Of a stretch of DNA of 64,000 bases, positions 40,333-48,870 are shown one piece after another. Each line of letters starts with the position of its first letter. Within the stretch, counting starts at the first letter, position 1. A program made the translations under genes and the position numbers. Source of the DNA: Oscillospiraceae bacterium (GTDB lineage: Bacteria; Bacillota; Clostridia; Oscillospirales; CAG-272); NCBI GenBank assembly GCA_015063795.1, contig SVTL01000003.1:29328-93327 (forward strand). The letters run 5' to 3'. The notes beneath the pieces were generated by a model. It was given only the letters and a program-made list of their open reading frames with translations. It ran no database searches and had not been told where the DNA came from.

Positions 40333-41285
40333 AACAGAGTGTCTTGCGTTTGGCGGTCTGTCTGATCGCATGTGTTTTTCTCTCGGGGTGTCTTTTCTCC
40401 TGCAAGCCGATGACCGAAGAAAGTGAGCCGCTGTTTCCCGATGCATTTGAGAGCGGGGCTTATATCCACAATCCCCGCGCTTTGCTGGCGGTCAAGAGCG
40501 GAGAGAAAACGATTCGCGTTTCCTTCAGCCAGCCTGTGCGCGGGAGCGATACGCTGACAAGTCAGGTTTATTATCAGGCGGAGGGGAGCGAGCCGATTGC
40601 TGCCGCATCCTTTCGCGGGTACGGCTTTGTCAAGGACGGCGGCGGAATGGCCTACGCCGATGTGTATGAATTTGATTTTCCCATTCCGATCCAAGGAGGG
40701 CAGATCCTGTTTGCCGAACAGGAGTCTGACGGTGATTTGGCCATAGGAGGGCTGCTGTATGCCGTCGGCGGCGCGGGGCTGTACGCGGAAGAAGAGGGAC
40801 AAACCGCTCTCGATGTGACGATTGACAACCTGTCTCTTCCCGAAGAGGAGGTCCGCATGATTGAGGCGGGCTTTACCGACCGAGAGAAGGGTATGATGCA
40901 AATGACCTTCACCGTTCCCGTGCGGTGTTTAGGCGATTGGCGTTCCTGTGTGTTTGTCAGTGACATCTCCAATCCCAATCCCGGCGTGGCGGGTAGCTGG
41001 CAGTACGGCATTTCCTCCGCCGAGCCCATCGATGCGGTCGTCGGAGAGGACGGAAAGACCTACGCGAAAGCATGGCGCATCACCGTCTCGGGCGATGTGT
41101 CCTTTCTGCCTGTGCAGGGCGTAGTCCGCATTTCGGAAAACGACAGCGGCGCTCCCGGTGAGTATGCTTCGGCAAACGACAACGCCGATTGCGGGCGCGT
41201 GGTGGTTGCCATCGACGGGCGTCCGCTTCTGGCCGACTTTATTCACGGTTGGGACGTGTCGTTTGCGCCCTATGCGGCCGACTAA
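40329..41285 (+). CDS. hypothetical lipoprotein
   Basis: ATGA overlap with the previous gene. Signal peptide plus lipobox VFLSGC. No recognised domain. Confidence 0.6.
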   Translation: MKQSVLRLAVCLIACVFLSGCLFSCKPMTEESEPLFPDAFESGAYIHNPRALLAVKSGEKTIRVSFSQPVRGSDTLTSQVYYQAEGSEPIAAASFRGYGFVKDGGGMAYADVYEFDFPIPIQGGQILFAEQESDGDLAIGGLLYAVGGAGLYAEEEGQTALDVTIDNLSLPEEEVRMIEAGFTDREKGMMQMTFTVPVRCLGDWRSCVFVSDISNPNPGVAGSWQYGISSAEPIDAVVGEDGKTYAKAWRITVSGDVSFLPVQGVVRISENDSGAPGEYASANDNADCGRVVVAIDGRPLLADFIHGWDVSFAPYAAD

Positions 41286-41524
41286 CACCGCTTGCCAAAG
41301 CCCGTCTTGTCTTCGGGCGGGAAAAAGACAGCGGAGAGGGATAACCGGAGCCCGAGAAAAATAAAAAAACCAAGAAAAAACAAGAAGAAACCAAGAAGAA
41401 ACAAGAAAAAACAAGCAAAGGCAATGCCAATCATAAAGCCGAAAGGCTTCCATTCGTGAGGCATCGCGTCAATTCATGTTAATCGGGAAATCCCTTTCGC
41501 TAAGGCATGCAAAATAAGGCAAAA

Positions 41525-41568
41525 GCACTTATGACAAACGTTTTTTCGTTATCATAAGTGCTTTTTTT
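41525..41568. terminator. long bidirectional terminator hairpin
   Basis: gcacttatga(c)aaacg / cgtt-atcataagtgc, flanked by an A-run and a T-run. Confidence 0.65.
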
Positions 41569-41632
41569 CTATAACTTCGTTATGAGCCTTTCGCTAAGGC
41601 GGAAAGCCTTTTGACAGTTGAACACGAAGCGA

Positions 41633-42868
41633 TCAATCCACGATTTTGCCGACCAGATAGTCCTTGTGGTCGCCGCCGGTGATGAGCTTCTCGTTTGCAT
41701 ACACATATTGGATCACGCCCTGTCCGCCCGGCTTGCCGGCCTCCAAAATGGCGGTTTTACAGTATTTGCTCAGGCCGCCCACGCGGATGCAGGAGACCAT
41801 GGAGTTGAATTTGCCGGCCGTGCGGATGGCAACCTGTTTGCCGCCCTCATTGGAATACCAGTAGCAGAAGCAGTTGGTGAGGTAGGCTTCCACATTGCTG
41901 CCAAGGTAGAAGCCGCAGGCAAACTGATCGCTGTAGCAGAAATCATACCAGTTGCAGCCGCCGCTGACGTCATAGAAGCCGATGCTGGTGGAATAGTCGG
42001 AGGAGCCCATGCTGTAAAGAGGATGGATGTTGCGCAGGGAATTGGCAGAGGAGCAGAGCTTAACGCCGATGGTGACATAAGCGATGCGCATGTTGGTCAG
42101 CGTGTTGTCAAAGCCTTCGATCAAAACGCCGATGGAGTCATGGCCGCCGACGCCGCGGATGTTCACATTGACGATATCCGCATCCGAGGAGTTGTTGTTT
42201 GCCCCTTTGGCGATGTGAAGACCGATGGTGGTGTTTTTGATGGACAGATCGGCCACACGGGTTTCGCGTCCGCTTTCGATGGAGACGCCTTTGGCCACCT
42301 TATTTCCGTCAATGATGCCGCCGGTCAGCGAATAGTTGCTTCCGGGAGTGGCAATGTCGTTGAAGGGATTTTTGCCGCCCAAACGAACCATGGCCTCATC
42401 ATGCTTCCAGGAGGGAGAGGCGCGGAGGATGGCATAATTGGAGAGCCGCAGATCCACGCTGAGCTTGGGATTGGCAGAGGTGCAGATGGGCTTGGAGAGC
42501 ATGTAAACCCCGTCGGGGAAGTAGATGGTGCGGTTGGGATTGTCGTCGATGAGCTTCTGAATGGCATCGGAAAGGTCGGTCTTGCCGTCATTTTCGATAA
42601 AATCGGTTACCACAATGTATCCGAGGGAAGCGGTCTCGCTGTTCGACTCAAAATCGGCCAGCTTTTGCTCAAGCAAAGCAATTTTCTTTTCGGAATCGGC
42701 CGAACGGGCCTCGGCTTCGGCTGCTCTTTTTTCGGAATCGGCCAAGCGTGCTTCGATCTCAGCCAGCTTTTGCTGAGCCTCAGCGCCGGAAGAGCATCCT
42801 CCGAAGCTCAGCATCAGGCAGAGGAGAAGGAGCAGGAAACGGGAAAAAGAAGAGTGACGTTTTTTCAT
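41633..42868 (-). CDS. lipoprotein with N-terminal coiled coil and pectate-lyase-like right-handed beta-helix (paralog 1)
   Basis: Signal peptide plus Cys (SFGGC). AEIEARLADSEKRAAEAEARSADSEKKIALLEQKLADFE. DLSDAIQKLIDDNPNRTIYFPDGVYMLSKPI resembles the Pectate_lyase_3 / GH28-related N-terminus, followed by repetitive G/N-rich rungs. Confidence 0.65.
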   Translation of the reverse strand: MKKRHSSFSRFLLLLLCLMLSFGGCSSGAEAQQKLAEIEARLADSEKRAAEAEARSADSEKKIALLEQKLADFESNSETASLGYIVVTDFIENDGKTDLSDAIQKLIDDNPNRTIYFPDGVYMLSKPICTSANPKLSVDLRLSNYAILRASPSWKHDEAMVRLGGKNPFNDIATPGSNYSLTGGIIDGNKVAKGVSIESGRETRVADLSIKNTTIGLHIAKGANNNSSDADIVNVNIRGVGGHDSIGVLIEGFDNTLTNMRIAYVTIGVKLCSSANSLRNIHPLYSMGSSDYSTSIGFYDVSGGCNWYDFCYSDQFACGFYLGSNVEAYLTNCFCYWYSNEGGKQVAIRTAGKFNSMVSCIRVGGLSKYCKTAILEAGKPGGQGVIQYVYANEKLITGGDHKDYLVGKIVD

Positions 42869-42931
42869 GATGTTGTCCTTTCTGATGATGATATGATAAA
42901 AATGATATGATAAAAAAGAAGTCTGAAATCA

Positions 42932-42960
42932 AGTATAGCACAAACAGGGAAAAAAAGCAA
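42932..42960 (-). promoter_or_regulatory. promoter of paralog 1
   Basis: Minus strand TTGCTT, 17 nt, TGc-TATACT. Confidence 0.55.
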
Positions 42961-43000
42961 GAAAAAAAGGCTTTCCGTGAGAGGGAAAAACGGAAAACCT
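42961..43000 (-). terminator. terminator of paralog 2
   Basis: Minus strand ggttttccg-tttttccctctca-cggaaagcc followed by ttttttt. Confidence 0.65.
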
Positions 43001-43020
43001 TTTGAGAAGGGCAAAAGCGG

Positions 43021-44256
43021 TTAATCCAAAACCTTGCCGGTCAGATAGGTTCTGTGGTCGCCGCCGGTAACGAGACCTTCGTTGGTGTGAACCGCATCGA
43101 TCGTGCCCTGTCCGCCGGGCTCGCCCACCTCCAGGATCGCGGTCTTGCAGTTGGGGCTCAGACCGCCCACACGGATGCAGGAGACCAGAGAATTGAACTT
43201 GCCGCCGGTGCGCATGGCAACCTGCGTTCCGCCCTGATCGGAATACCAGAAGCAGAAGCAGTTGCTGAGATAAGCGTTCATGCTGCCGCCCAGATAGAAG
43301 CCGCAGGCGAACTGATCGCTGTAGCAGAAGTCATACCAGTTGCAGTCGCCGCTGATATCGTAGAAGCCGATGCTGCTCTCATAGTCAGAGGAGCCCATGA
43401 TGTAGAGCGGATGGATGTTGCGCAGGGAGTTGGCGGGGGAGCAGAGCTTAACGCCGATGTGGACATTGGCGATGCGCATGTTGGTCAGCGTGTTGTCGAA
43501 GCCCTCGATGAGAACGCCGATGGAGTCGTTGCCGCCGGCACCGCAGATGTTCACGTTGAGAATGTCTGCATCCGAGGAATTGTTGTTGGCGCCCTTGGCG
43601 ATGTGAAGACCGATGGTGGTGTTTTTGATGGAAAGGTTTTCCACACGGGTCTCGCGGCCGCTGTCGATGGAGACACCCTTGGCCACCTTGCTGCCGTCGA
43701 TGATGCCGCCGGTCAGCGAATAGTTGCTGCCGGGGGTGGAGATGTCGTTAAAAGCATCCTTGCCGCCGAGACGGACCATGGCCTCCTCATGCTTCCAGAA
43801 GGGGGAGGCGCGGAGAATGGCATAATTGGAGAGCTTCAGGTCCACGCTCTTGGAAGGATCGGCGGGGGTGCAGATGGGCTTGGAAAGAAGATAAACGCCG
43901 TCGGGGAAGTAGATGGTGCGGTTGGGGTTGTCGTCGATCACCTTCTGAATGGCATCGGCCACATCAACCTTGCCGTCGTTGGCGAGGTAATCGGTAACCA
44001 CCACGTAACCGAGGGAGGCAGCTTCGCTTGTCTTGTCGGTCTCAGAGGCAGCGTTCTTCTGCTCGAGTGCGGCCAGCTTGGCTTCGAGATCGGCGAGCTT
44101 CCTTTCGGAGGCGGCGAGGCGGGCTTCGGCTTCAGAGGCTTTTTTTTCGGCTTCGGGATCGGTAGAAGCCGAGCCAGAGGCGCATCCTGCACAGCCCAGC
44201 GTCAGACAGGTGAGAAGAAGCAAAAATCGGGAAAAAGAAAGGCGATGTTTTTTCAT
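43021..44256 (-). CDS. lipoprotein with N-terminal coiled coil and pectate-lyase-like beta-helix (paralog 2)
   Basis: 411 aa, collinear with 41633..42868. The beta-helix part is nearly identical by eye and the coiled-coil part has diverged. Confidence 0.65.
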   Translation of the reverse strand: MKKHRLSFSRFLLLLTCLTLGCAGCASGSASTDPEAEKKASEAEARLAASERKLADLEAKLAALEQKNAASETDKTSEAASLGYVVVTDYLANDGKVDVADAIQKVIDDNPNRTIYFPDGVYLLSKPICTPADPSKSVDLKLSNYAILRASPFWKHEEAMVRLGGKDAFNDISTPGSNYSLTGGIIDGSKVAKGVSIDSGRETRVENLSIKNTTIGLHIAKGANNNSSDADILNVNICGAGGNDSIGVLIEGFDNTLTNMRIANVHIGVKLCSPANSLRNIHPLYIMGSSDYESSIGFYDISGDCNWYDFCYSDQFACGFYLGGSMNAYLSNCFCFWYSDQGGTQVAMRTGGKFNSLVSCIRVGGLSPNCKTAILEVGEPGGQGTIDAVHTNEGLVTGGDHRTYLTGKVLD

Positions 44257-44319
44257 AGCGGTATCCTTTTCAATGATAAAATGGTTTCAAAAATCGTTAA
44301 AAAAACGGGAATATGATTC

Positions 44320-44348
44320 AGTATAGCACAAAAGCGGAAAAAATGCAA
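44320..44348 (-). promoter_or_regulatory. promoter of paralog 2
   Basis: Minus strand TTGCAT, 17 nt, TGc-TATACT. Confidence 0.55.
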
Positions 44349-44349
44349 G

Positions 44350-44383
44350 AAAAAAAGCCTCCGTCCTGAAAAAAACGGAGGCA
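44350..44383 (-). terminator. terminator of the ArsB/NhaD-type permease gene
   Basis: gcctccgt (44357-44364) / acggaggc (44375-44382) with a T-run on the minus strand. Confidence 0.7.
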
Positions 44384-44393
44384 AAGCTGTTTT

Positions 44394-45707
44394 TTATGCG
44401 TAGAAGATGAGGAAGAAGAGGTAAGCGGGAATGACGGCGGCGAAGGTGAAGGGGATACCGATGCGGAGGAAGTCGCTGTTTTTCACCTCGTAGCCCTCCT
44501 TGCGGAGAATACCGATGCCGGTGATGTTGGCGGAAGCACCGATGGGTGTCAGGTTGCCGCCGAGGGTGGCACCGGAGAGCAGACCGAAGTAGAGCAGCGT
44601 CGGATCAACGCCCATGGCCGCGGCGATGCCCTGTGCAACCGGAAGCATGGTGGCCACATAGGGAATGTTGTCGATGAAGGCCGAGAAGAGAACGCTCATC
44701 CAGACGATGAGGGTGTAGATCAGGAAGAGGTTGCCGCCGCCGATCTTGGTGAAGATGGAGGCGATCGCATCCACCACGCCCATCTCGGTGATGCCGCCGA
44801 TGACCAAGAAGAGACCGAAGAGAAGACCGATGGTGGCGAAATCGATCTCCTTGATGGGATCAAGGATGGCCTTGGCGCTCTTCTTGCGGATGGCGTTATA
44901 AGCAACGCCGACGATCATGATCGAAACGCAGATCATACCGTTGGTGTAAGCAGACAGGCCGGGAACGATGCCGTCAAGGAAAGCGGGGAGCCCGGGGATG
45001 AGGGAGGCAACGATCAGGAGAAGAACGGTTGCCAGCATGAGAATGGAGGGCACATAGTCGGTGACCACGGTGCGCTCGCCGGCTTCGATCTTGCCGTTTT
45101 CCTTTTTGAAGAGGAAGAGCAGGATGATCGCGGAGAGAAGTGCGCCCAGCTCCACGGCGAAGAAGATGCCGGGCTTGCCCCGATAAACGAAGAAGTCGAG
45201 GAAGTCCATATCGGCATAGCCGCCCAGCATGATGGAGGTGGTGTCGCCCACGAGGGTGGCGGCGCCCTGCAGGTTGGAGGAGACGGCGATGGCGATGATC
45301 ATGCCCACGGGATTGATGTCAAACTTTTTGGCGATGGCGAGAGCGATGGGAGCGATCATCAGAACGGTGGCCACATTGTCGATGAAGGCCGATACAATAC
45401 CGGCAAAGAGCGAAAGGACCACGATCGCCCACTTGACATTGGGCACTTTTTCGATGAGCAGGTCGGCCAGCAGAGCGGGCATTTTCGATTCGATCATCAG
45501 ATAGACCGTGCCCATGGTGCCGGCGATCATAAGAAGAACGTTGAAGTCCACATAGCCGAGAGCCTTGCCGAGCGGAAGCATACCGGTGACGATGAACACC
45601 AGAGCGGAGCCGATGGCGATGAACGGGCGGTATTTCTGGAAGGCCAGCATCAGCACATAGGTGACAGCGAAGAGAATGACAGCGAAGATCAAGGTGGAAA
45701 GCCTCAC
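44394..45707 (-). CDS. ArsB/NhaD (ion transporter superfamily, YbiR-like) permease
   Basis: Polytopic. ...FAGIVSAFIDNVATVLMIAPIALAIAKK... and ...LFSAFIDNIPYVATMLP... are the duplicated signature segments. The ORF opens at 45776, but a consensus promoter (45767-45795) lies inside that extension, so the start is probably GTG 45707 or TTG 45692. Confidence 0.7.
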   Translation of the reverse strand: MRLSTLIFAVILFAVTYVLMLAFQKYRPFIAIGSALVFIVTGMLPLGKALGYVDFNVLLMIAGTMGTVYLMIESKMPALLADLLIEKVPNVKWAIVVLSLFAGIVSAFIDNVATVLMIAPIALAIAKKFDINPVGMIIAIAVSSNLQGAATLVGDTTSIMLGGYADMDFLDFFVYRGKPGIFFAVELGALLSAIILLFLFKKENGKIEAGERTVVTDYVPSILMLATVLLLIVASLIPGLPAFLDGIVPGLSAYTNGMICVSIMIVGVAYNAIRKKSAKAILDPIKEIDFATIGLLFGLFLVIGGITEMGVVDAIASIFTKIGGGNLFLIYTLIVWMSVLFSAFIDNIPYVATMLPVAQGIAAAMGVDPTLLYFGLLSGATLGGNLTPIGASANITGIGILRKEGYEVKNSDFLRIGIPFTFAAVIPAYLFFLIFYA

Positions 45708-45766
45708 TTTCTTATGACATTTGATGATTGAGATGCGCCGATCTTTTGACGGCAGACGCAGGGCGT

Positions 45767-45795
45767 ATTGTAGCATATAAAAAAAGGAATGTCAA
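45767..45795 (-). promoter_or_regulatory. promoter of the ArsB/NhaD-type permease gene
   Basis: Minus strand TTGACA (plus 45790-45795), 17 nt, TGc-TACAAT (plus 45767-45772). Confidence 0.6.
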
Positions 45796-45904
45796 CCGAT
45801 TTTTGAAAAATCTTTTGGTTTTTTCTCGAAAACGGGCTAAAAGGTGCTCTGTTCTTACTCAGAATTTACAAAGGCTTTACATGGCGGTGTGGGCTTGGGC
45901 GCAC

Positions 45905-45936
45905 AAAAGGTCCGCACCGAAAAGCGGTACGGACCG
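45905..45936 (-). terminator. terminator of cysK
   Basis: Minus strand GGTCCGTACCG-cttt-tCGGTGCGGACC followed by TTTTG. Confidence 0.65.
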
Positions 45937-45961
45937 GATGCTTATTTGAAGTGAGGACGTC

Positions 45962-46897
45962 TTATTCCTCGCCGAACAGCTCGGTGGAGAGATAGCGTGC
46001 GCCCGTGTCGGGCAGGAGAACGACCACCGTTTTGCCCTCGTTTTCGGGAGAGGATGCGGCGTCAACGGCGGCCTTCAGCGCGGCACCGGACGAGATGCCG
46101 ACTAACAGCCCCTCGGTCCTTGCCAGCAGACGGCTCATGGCAAAGGCGTCATCATCGGTAACGCGGATCACCTCGTCGTAAACGCCCGTGTCCAGCACCT
46201 GCGGAACAAAGCCGGCGCCGATGCCCTGAAGCCCGTGGGCTCCCGCTCTGCCGCCCGAGAGGACGGGGGAGGTGTCGGGCTCCACGGCGAGCACGCGCAC
46301 AGAGGGCTTTTTCTCCTTCAGATAGCGTCCCGTGCCGCTGATCGTGCCGCCCGTTCCCACGCCTGCAACGAACACATCCACCTCACCGTCGGTGTCCTCA
46401 AAAATCTCGGGGCCGGTGGAAGCATAATGGGCGGCGGGGTTGGCGGGGTTGACAAACTGCCCCGCGATCAGACTGTCGGGGAGGGCAGCAGCCAGCTCCT
46501 CGGCCTTGGCGATGGCACCCGCCATACCGAGCGCACCGTCACTCAGCACCAGCTCGGCGCCGTAGGCGGTCATCAGACGGCGGCGCTCCACGCTCATCGA
46601 ATCGGGCATGATAATGATGAGGCGGTATCCGCGCGAAGCGCAGACGGCGGCCAGACCGATGCCCGTGTTGCCGCTGGTGGGTTCGAGAATGACGGTGTTT
46701 TTGGTCAGCTTTCCGCTTTGCTCGGCCTCGTTGAGCATGGACAGCGCCACGCGGTCCTTCACCGAGCCGGCGGGATTGAAGGCCTCGATCTTGGCCAGCA
46801 GACGCGCCTTCAGCGCAAAATGACGTTCCAATTTGGTCAGCTCCATCAGCGGGGTGCGGCCGATGAGCTGATCGAGAGAGGTGTATATCTTTGCCAT
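45962..46897 (-). CDS. cysK: cysteine synthase A (O-acetylserine sulfhydrylase)
   Basis: 311 aa from ATG 46897 (RBS aaaggaga). IGRTPLMEL...KIEAFNPAGSVKDR (PLP Lys), EPTSGNTGIGLA, GTGGTISG. Confidence 0.92.
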   Translation of the reverse strand: MAKIYTSLDQLIGRTPLMELTKLERHFALKARLLAKIEAFNPAGSVKDRVALSMLNEAEQSGKLTKNTVILEPTSGNTGIGLAAVCASRGYRLIIIMPDSMSVERRRLMTAYGAELVLSDGALGMAGAIAKAEELAAALPDSLIAGQFVNPANPAAHYASTGPEIFEDTDGEVDVFVAGVGTGGTISGTGRYLKEKKPSVRVLAVEPDTSPVLSGGRAGAHGLQGIGAGFVPQVLDTGVYDEVIRVTDDDAFAMSRLLARTEGLLVGISSGAALKAAVDAASSPENEGKTVVVLLPDTGARYLSTELFGEE

Positions 46898-46975
46898 TGG
46901 GATTCTCCTTTGAAAAAAGCAGATGGTTTGAAGCAGAAAAAAGGCAGCGGAAAAAGCGCCGCTTTTCACGGGGGA

Positions 46976-47004
46976 AGTATAGCATGTTTTTCGCCTGCTG
47001 TCAA
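46976..47004 (-). promoter_or_regulatory. promoter of cysK
   Basis: Minus strand TTGACA (plus 46999-47004), 17 nt, TATACT (plus 46976-46981). Confidence 0.6.
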
Positions 47005-47083
47005 GAGACGGAGCGGACTCGAAGAAAAGGAAGAAAAGCCACAAAAAAGATCAAAAAAGGTAAAAAACGACACAAAATCACCC

Positions 47084-47112
47084 TTGCAATCGTGAAGAAA
47101 GTGTGGTATACT
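47084..47112 (+). promoter_or_regulatory. promoter of the DtxR-family regulator operon
   Basis: TTGCAA (47084-47089), 17 nt, TGg-TATACT (47107-47112). Confidence 0.6.
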
Positions 47113-47123
47113 GAAAAAAGAAC

Positions 47124-47522
47124 ATGAGAAAAAGGAGGCGCGGCACCGTGCATCTTCAGGAATCGGGCGAAATGTATCTGGAAACCATATGGATCCTGGC
47201 GGGACGGAAAAAGCCCTTCCGCGCCATCGATGTCTGCGAGGAAATGGGATATTCCAAGCCCTCGGTCAGCCGTGCCATGGGGCTGCTGAAAAGCGGCGGC
47301 TTCATCACCGTTGACGGCGGCGGCTTCATCTCTCTCACCGATGTGGGTGAGGAAACTGCGCGCAAGATCTATGAGCGCCACACGCTTCTGACCGCTTTTC
47401 TGATGCGGCTGGGCGTGGATGAGCAGACCGCGGCATCGGATGCGTGCCGGATGGAGCACGTCATCAGCGACCAAACGCTGGAGGCCATCCGAAAAAGCAT
47501 CGAACAGAACAAAACCGAGTGA
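47124..47522 (+). CDS. DtxR/MntR-family metal-dependent transcriptional regulator
   Basis: ESGEMYLETIWIL....RAIDVCEEMGYSKPSVSRAMGLLKSGGFI...ERHTLLTAFL..LGVDEQTA..DACRMEHVIS is the winged-helix plus dimerisation pattern. The start may be GTG 47148, preceded by aaggagg. Confidence 0.8.
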   Translation: MRKRRRGTVHLQESGEMYLETIWILAGRKKPFRAIDVCEEMGYSKPSVSRAMGLLKSGGFITVDGGGFISLTDVGEETARKIYERHTLLTAFLMRLGVDEQTAASDACRMEHVISDQTLEAIRKSIEQNKTE

Positions 47523-47660
47523 ATGAAGGAAGGGGCGGGCGCGCAGAGAACAAGGCGTGTCGGTCCCCTGCTGTTTTTTGCCGAAGCGGTATGTGTGCCA
47601 AAACGGGATGCAACCGCCGGACAAGCCCCGTTTGAAGCGGGAAAGGAGAAGCAACACGAC

Positions 47661-48869
47661 ATGAAAAGCATCAAACTCACCTGGAAAAGCTGCTTAATGA
47701 TCGGCGTGACGGTCTTTTTGCTGTATCTGGCCATCTTCTATTGGCCGACCGTCTCCGCGCTGTTAGGCGGACTGCTCACGGCGGGCGCACCGCTTCTGGC
47801 CGGCTTTTTCATCGCCTATATCATCAACCTGCTCATGAGCTTTTATGAGCGGCTGTATTTTCCCAAAAAGACAGTCGGCTTCTGGGCGAAGAGCCGCCGC
47901 CCGGTCTGTCTGATCGGCGCGATCTTAACCGCTGCGCTGATCATTGCCGTGGTGGTGGGCTTGGTGCTTCCCGAGCTGATCGACTGTATCCAGCTGATCC
48001 TGGCCCTGCTGCCCGATATGTTCACCACGGGCGTGAAGCAGATCGACGAATGGGGCATCCTGCCCGAAAATGTGATGGATCTGCTGATGAACATCGACTG
48101 GAAAACGCGCATCAACCAGATCATCGACCTGTTTTCCTCGGGCATCGGCGGCGTGATGAACACGCTTCTCAAAACGCTGACGGCTGTCTTCTCCGGCGCG
48201 GTGACCGTTCTGCTCAGCGTGATCTTTGCCTGCTATCTTCTGATCGGCAAGGACCGCCTGCTCTCTCAGACGCGTCGGGTGGCGCGCCGTTACCTGAAGG
48301 AGAGCTGGTACCAAAAGCTGGGCTATGTGATCGACATTCTCAACAAATGCTTCCACCGCTTCATCGTCGGTCAGTGCACCGAGGCGGTGATCCTGGGTCT
48401 GCTGTGTACGGCGGGCATGCTGATCTTCCGCTTCCCGTATGCAACCATGATCGGCGCGCTGGTGGCCTTCACCGCTCTGATCCCCGTTGCCGGAGCCTAC
48501 ATCGGCGCGGGCGTGGGCGCGTTTATGATCCTGACCGTGTCGCCGGTCAAGGCGCTGCTGTTTTTGGTGTTCATCCTGGTGCTGCAGCAGCTGGAGGGCA
48601 ATCTGATCTATCCGCGTGTGGTGGGATCGTCCATGGGTCTGCCCGGCATCTGGGTGCTGGCGGCGGTGACCGTGGGCGGCGGCATTTCGGGCGTGCTCGG
48701 CATGCTGCTGGGCGTTCCGATCACGGCGGCTCTTTACTGCATCGTCCGCGACGATATGAACGGCCGCGGTCTGCGTGCGGTCGGTGTCCCCTCTCCCTGT
48801 GAAAAGGACGTGCCGCCTTGCGGAGAGGAAGAAAACGAGCCGATGCATGAAAAACAGGAGATCGGCTGA
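47661..48869 (+). CDS. AI-2E family (PerM/UPF0118) transporter
   Basis: 402 aa from ATG 47661. About 8 TM helices. ...IPVAGAYIGAGVGAFMIL...LQQLEGNLIYPRVVGSSMGLP is the family signature. Confidence 0.8.
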   Translation: MKSIKLTWKSCLMIGVTVFLLYLAIFYWPTVSALLGGLLTAGAPLLAGFFIAYIINLLMSFYERLYFPKKTVGFWAKSRRPVCLIGAILTAALIIAVVVGLVLPELIDCIQLILALLPDMFTTGVKQIDEWGILPENVMDLLMNIDWKTRINQIIDLFSSGIGGVMNTLLKTLTAVFSGAVTVLLSVIFACYLLIGKDRLLSQTRRVARRYLKESWYQKLGYVIDILNKCFHRFIVGQCTEAVILGLLCTAGMLIFRFPYATMIGALVAFTALIPVAGAYIGAGVGAFMILTVSPVKALLFLVFILVLQQLEGNLIYPRVVGSSMGLPGIWVLAAVTVGGGISGVLGMLLGVPITAALYCIVRDDMNGRGLRAVGVPSPCEKDVPPCGEEENEPMHEKQEIG

Positions 48870-48870
48870 G

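Noticed and set aside
41282-41464. 60-aa hydrophobic minus-strand ORF (MPHEWKPFGFMIGIAFACFFLFLLGFF...)
   Set aside because: It is the translation of the pyrimidine strand of a polypurine low-complexity tract. There is no RBS, and the Phe/Leu richness is a compositional artefact.
41618-44316. 430-aa and 420-aa plus-strand ORFs opposite the beta-helix lipoprotein paralogs
   Set aside because: These are antisense shadows (G/A/V/D-rich, no start context). The minus-strand genes have lipoprotein signals, promoters and terminators.
45708-45776. 5' extension of the ArsB/NhaD-type permease ORF (MLQYALRLPSKDRR...)
   Set aside because: A consensus TTGACA-17-TGcTACAAT promoter lies within it, so the TSS would be downstream of that ATG. 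The extension is hydrophilic and unlike the family N-terminus.
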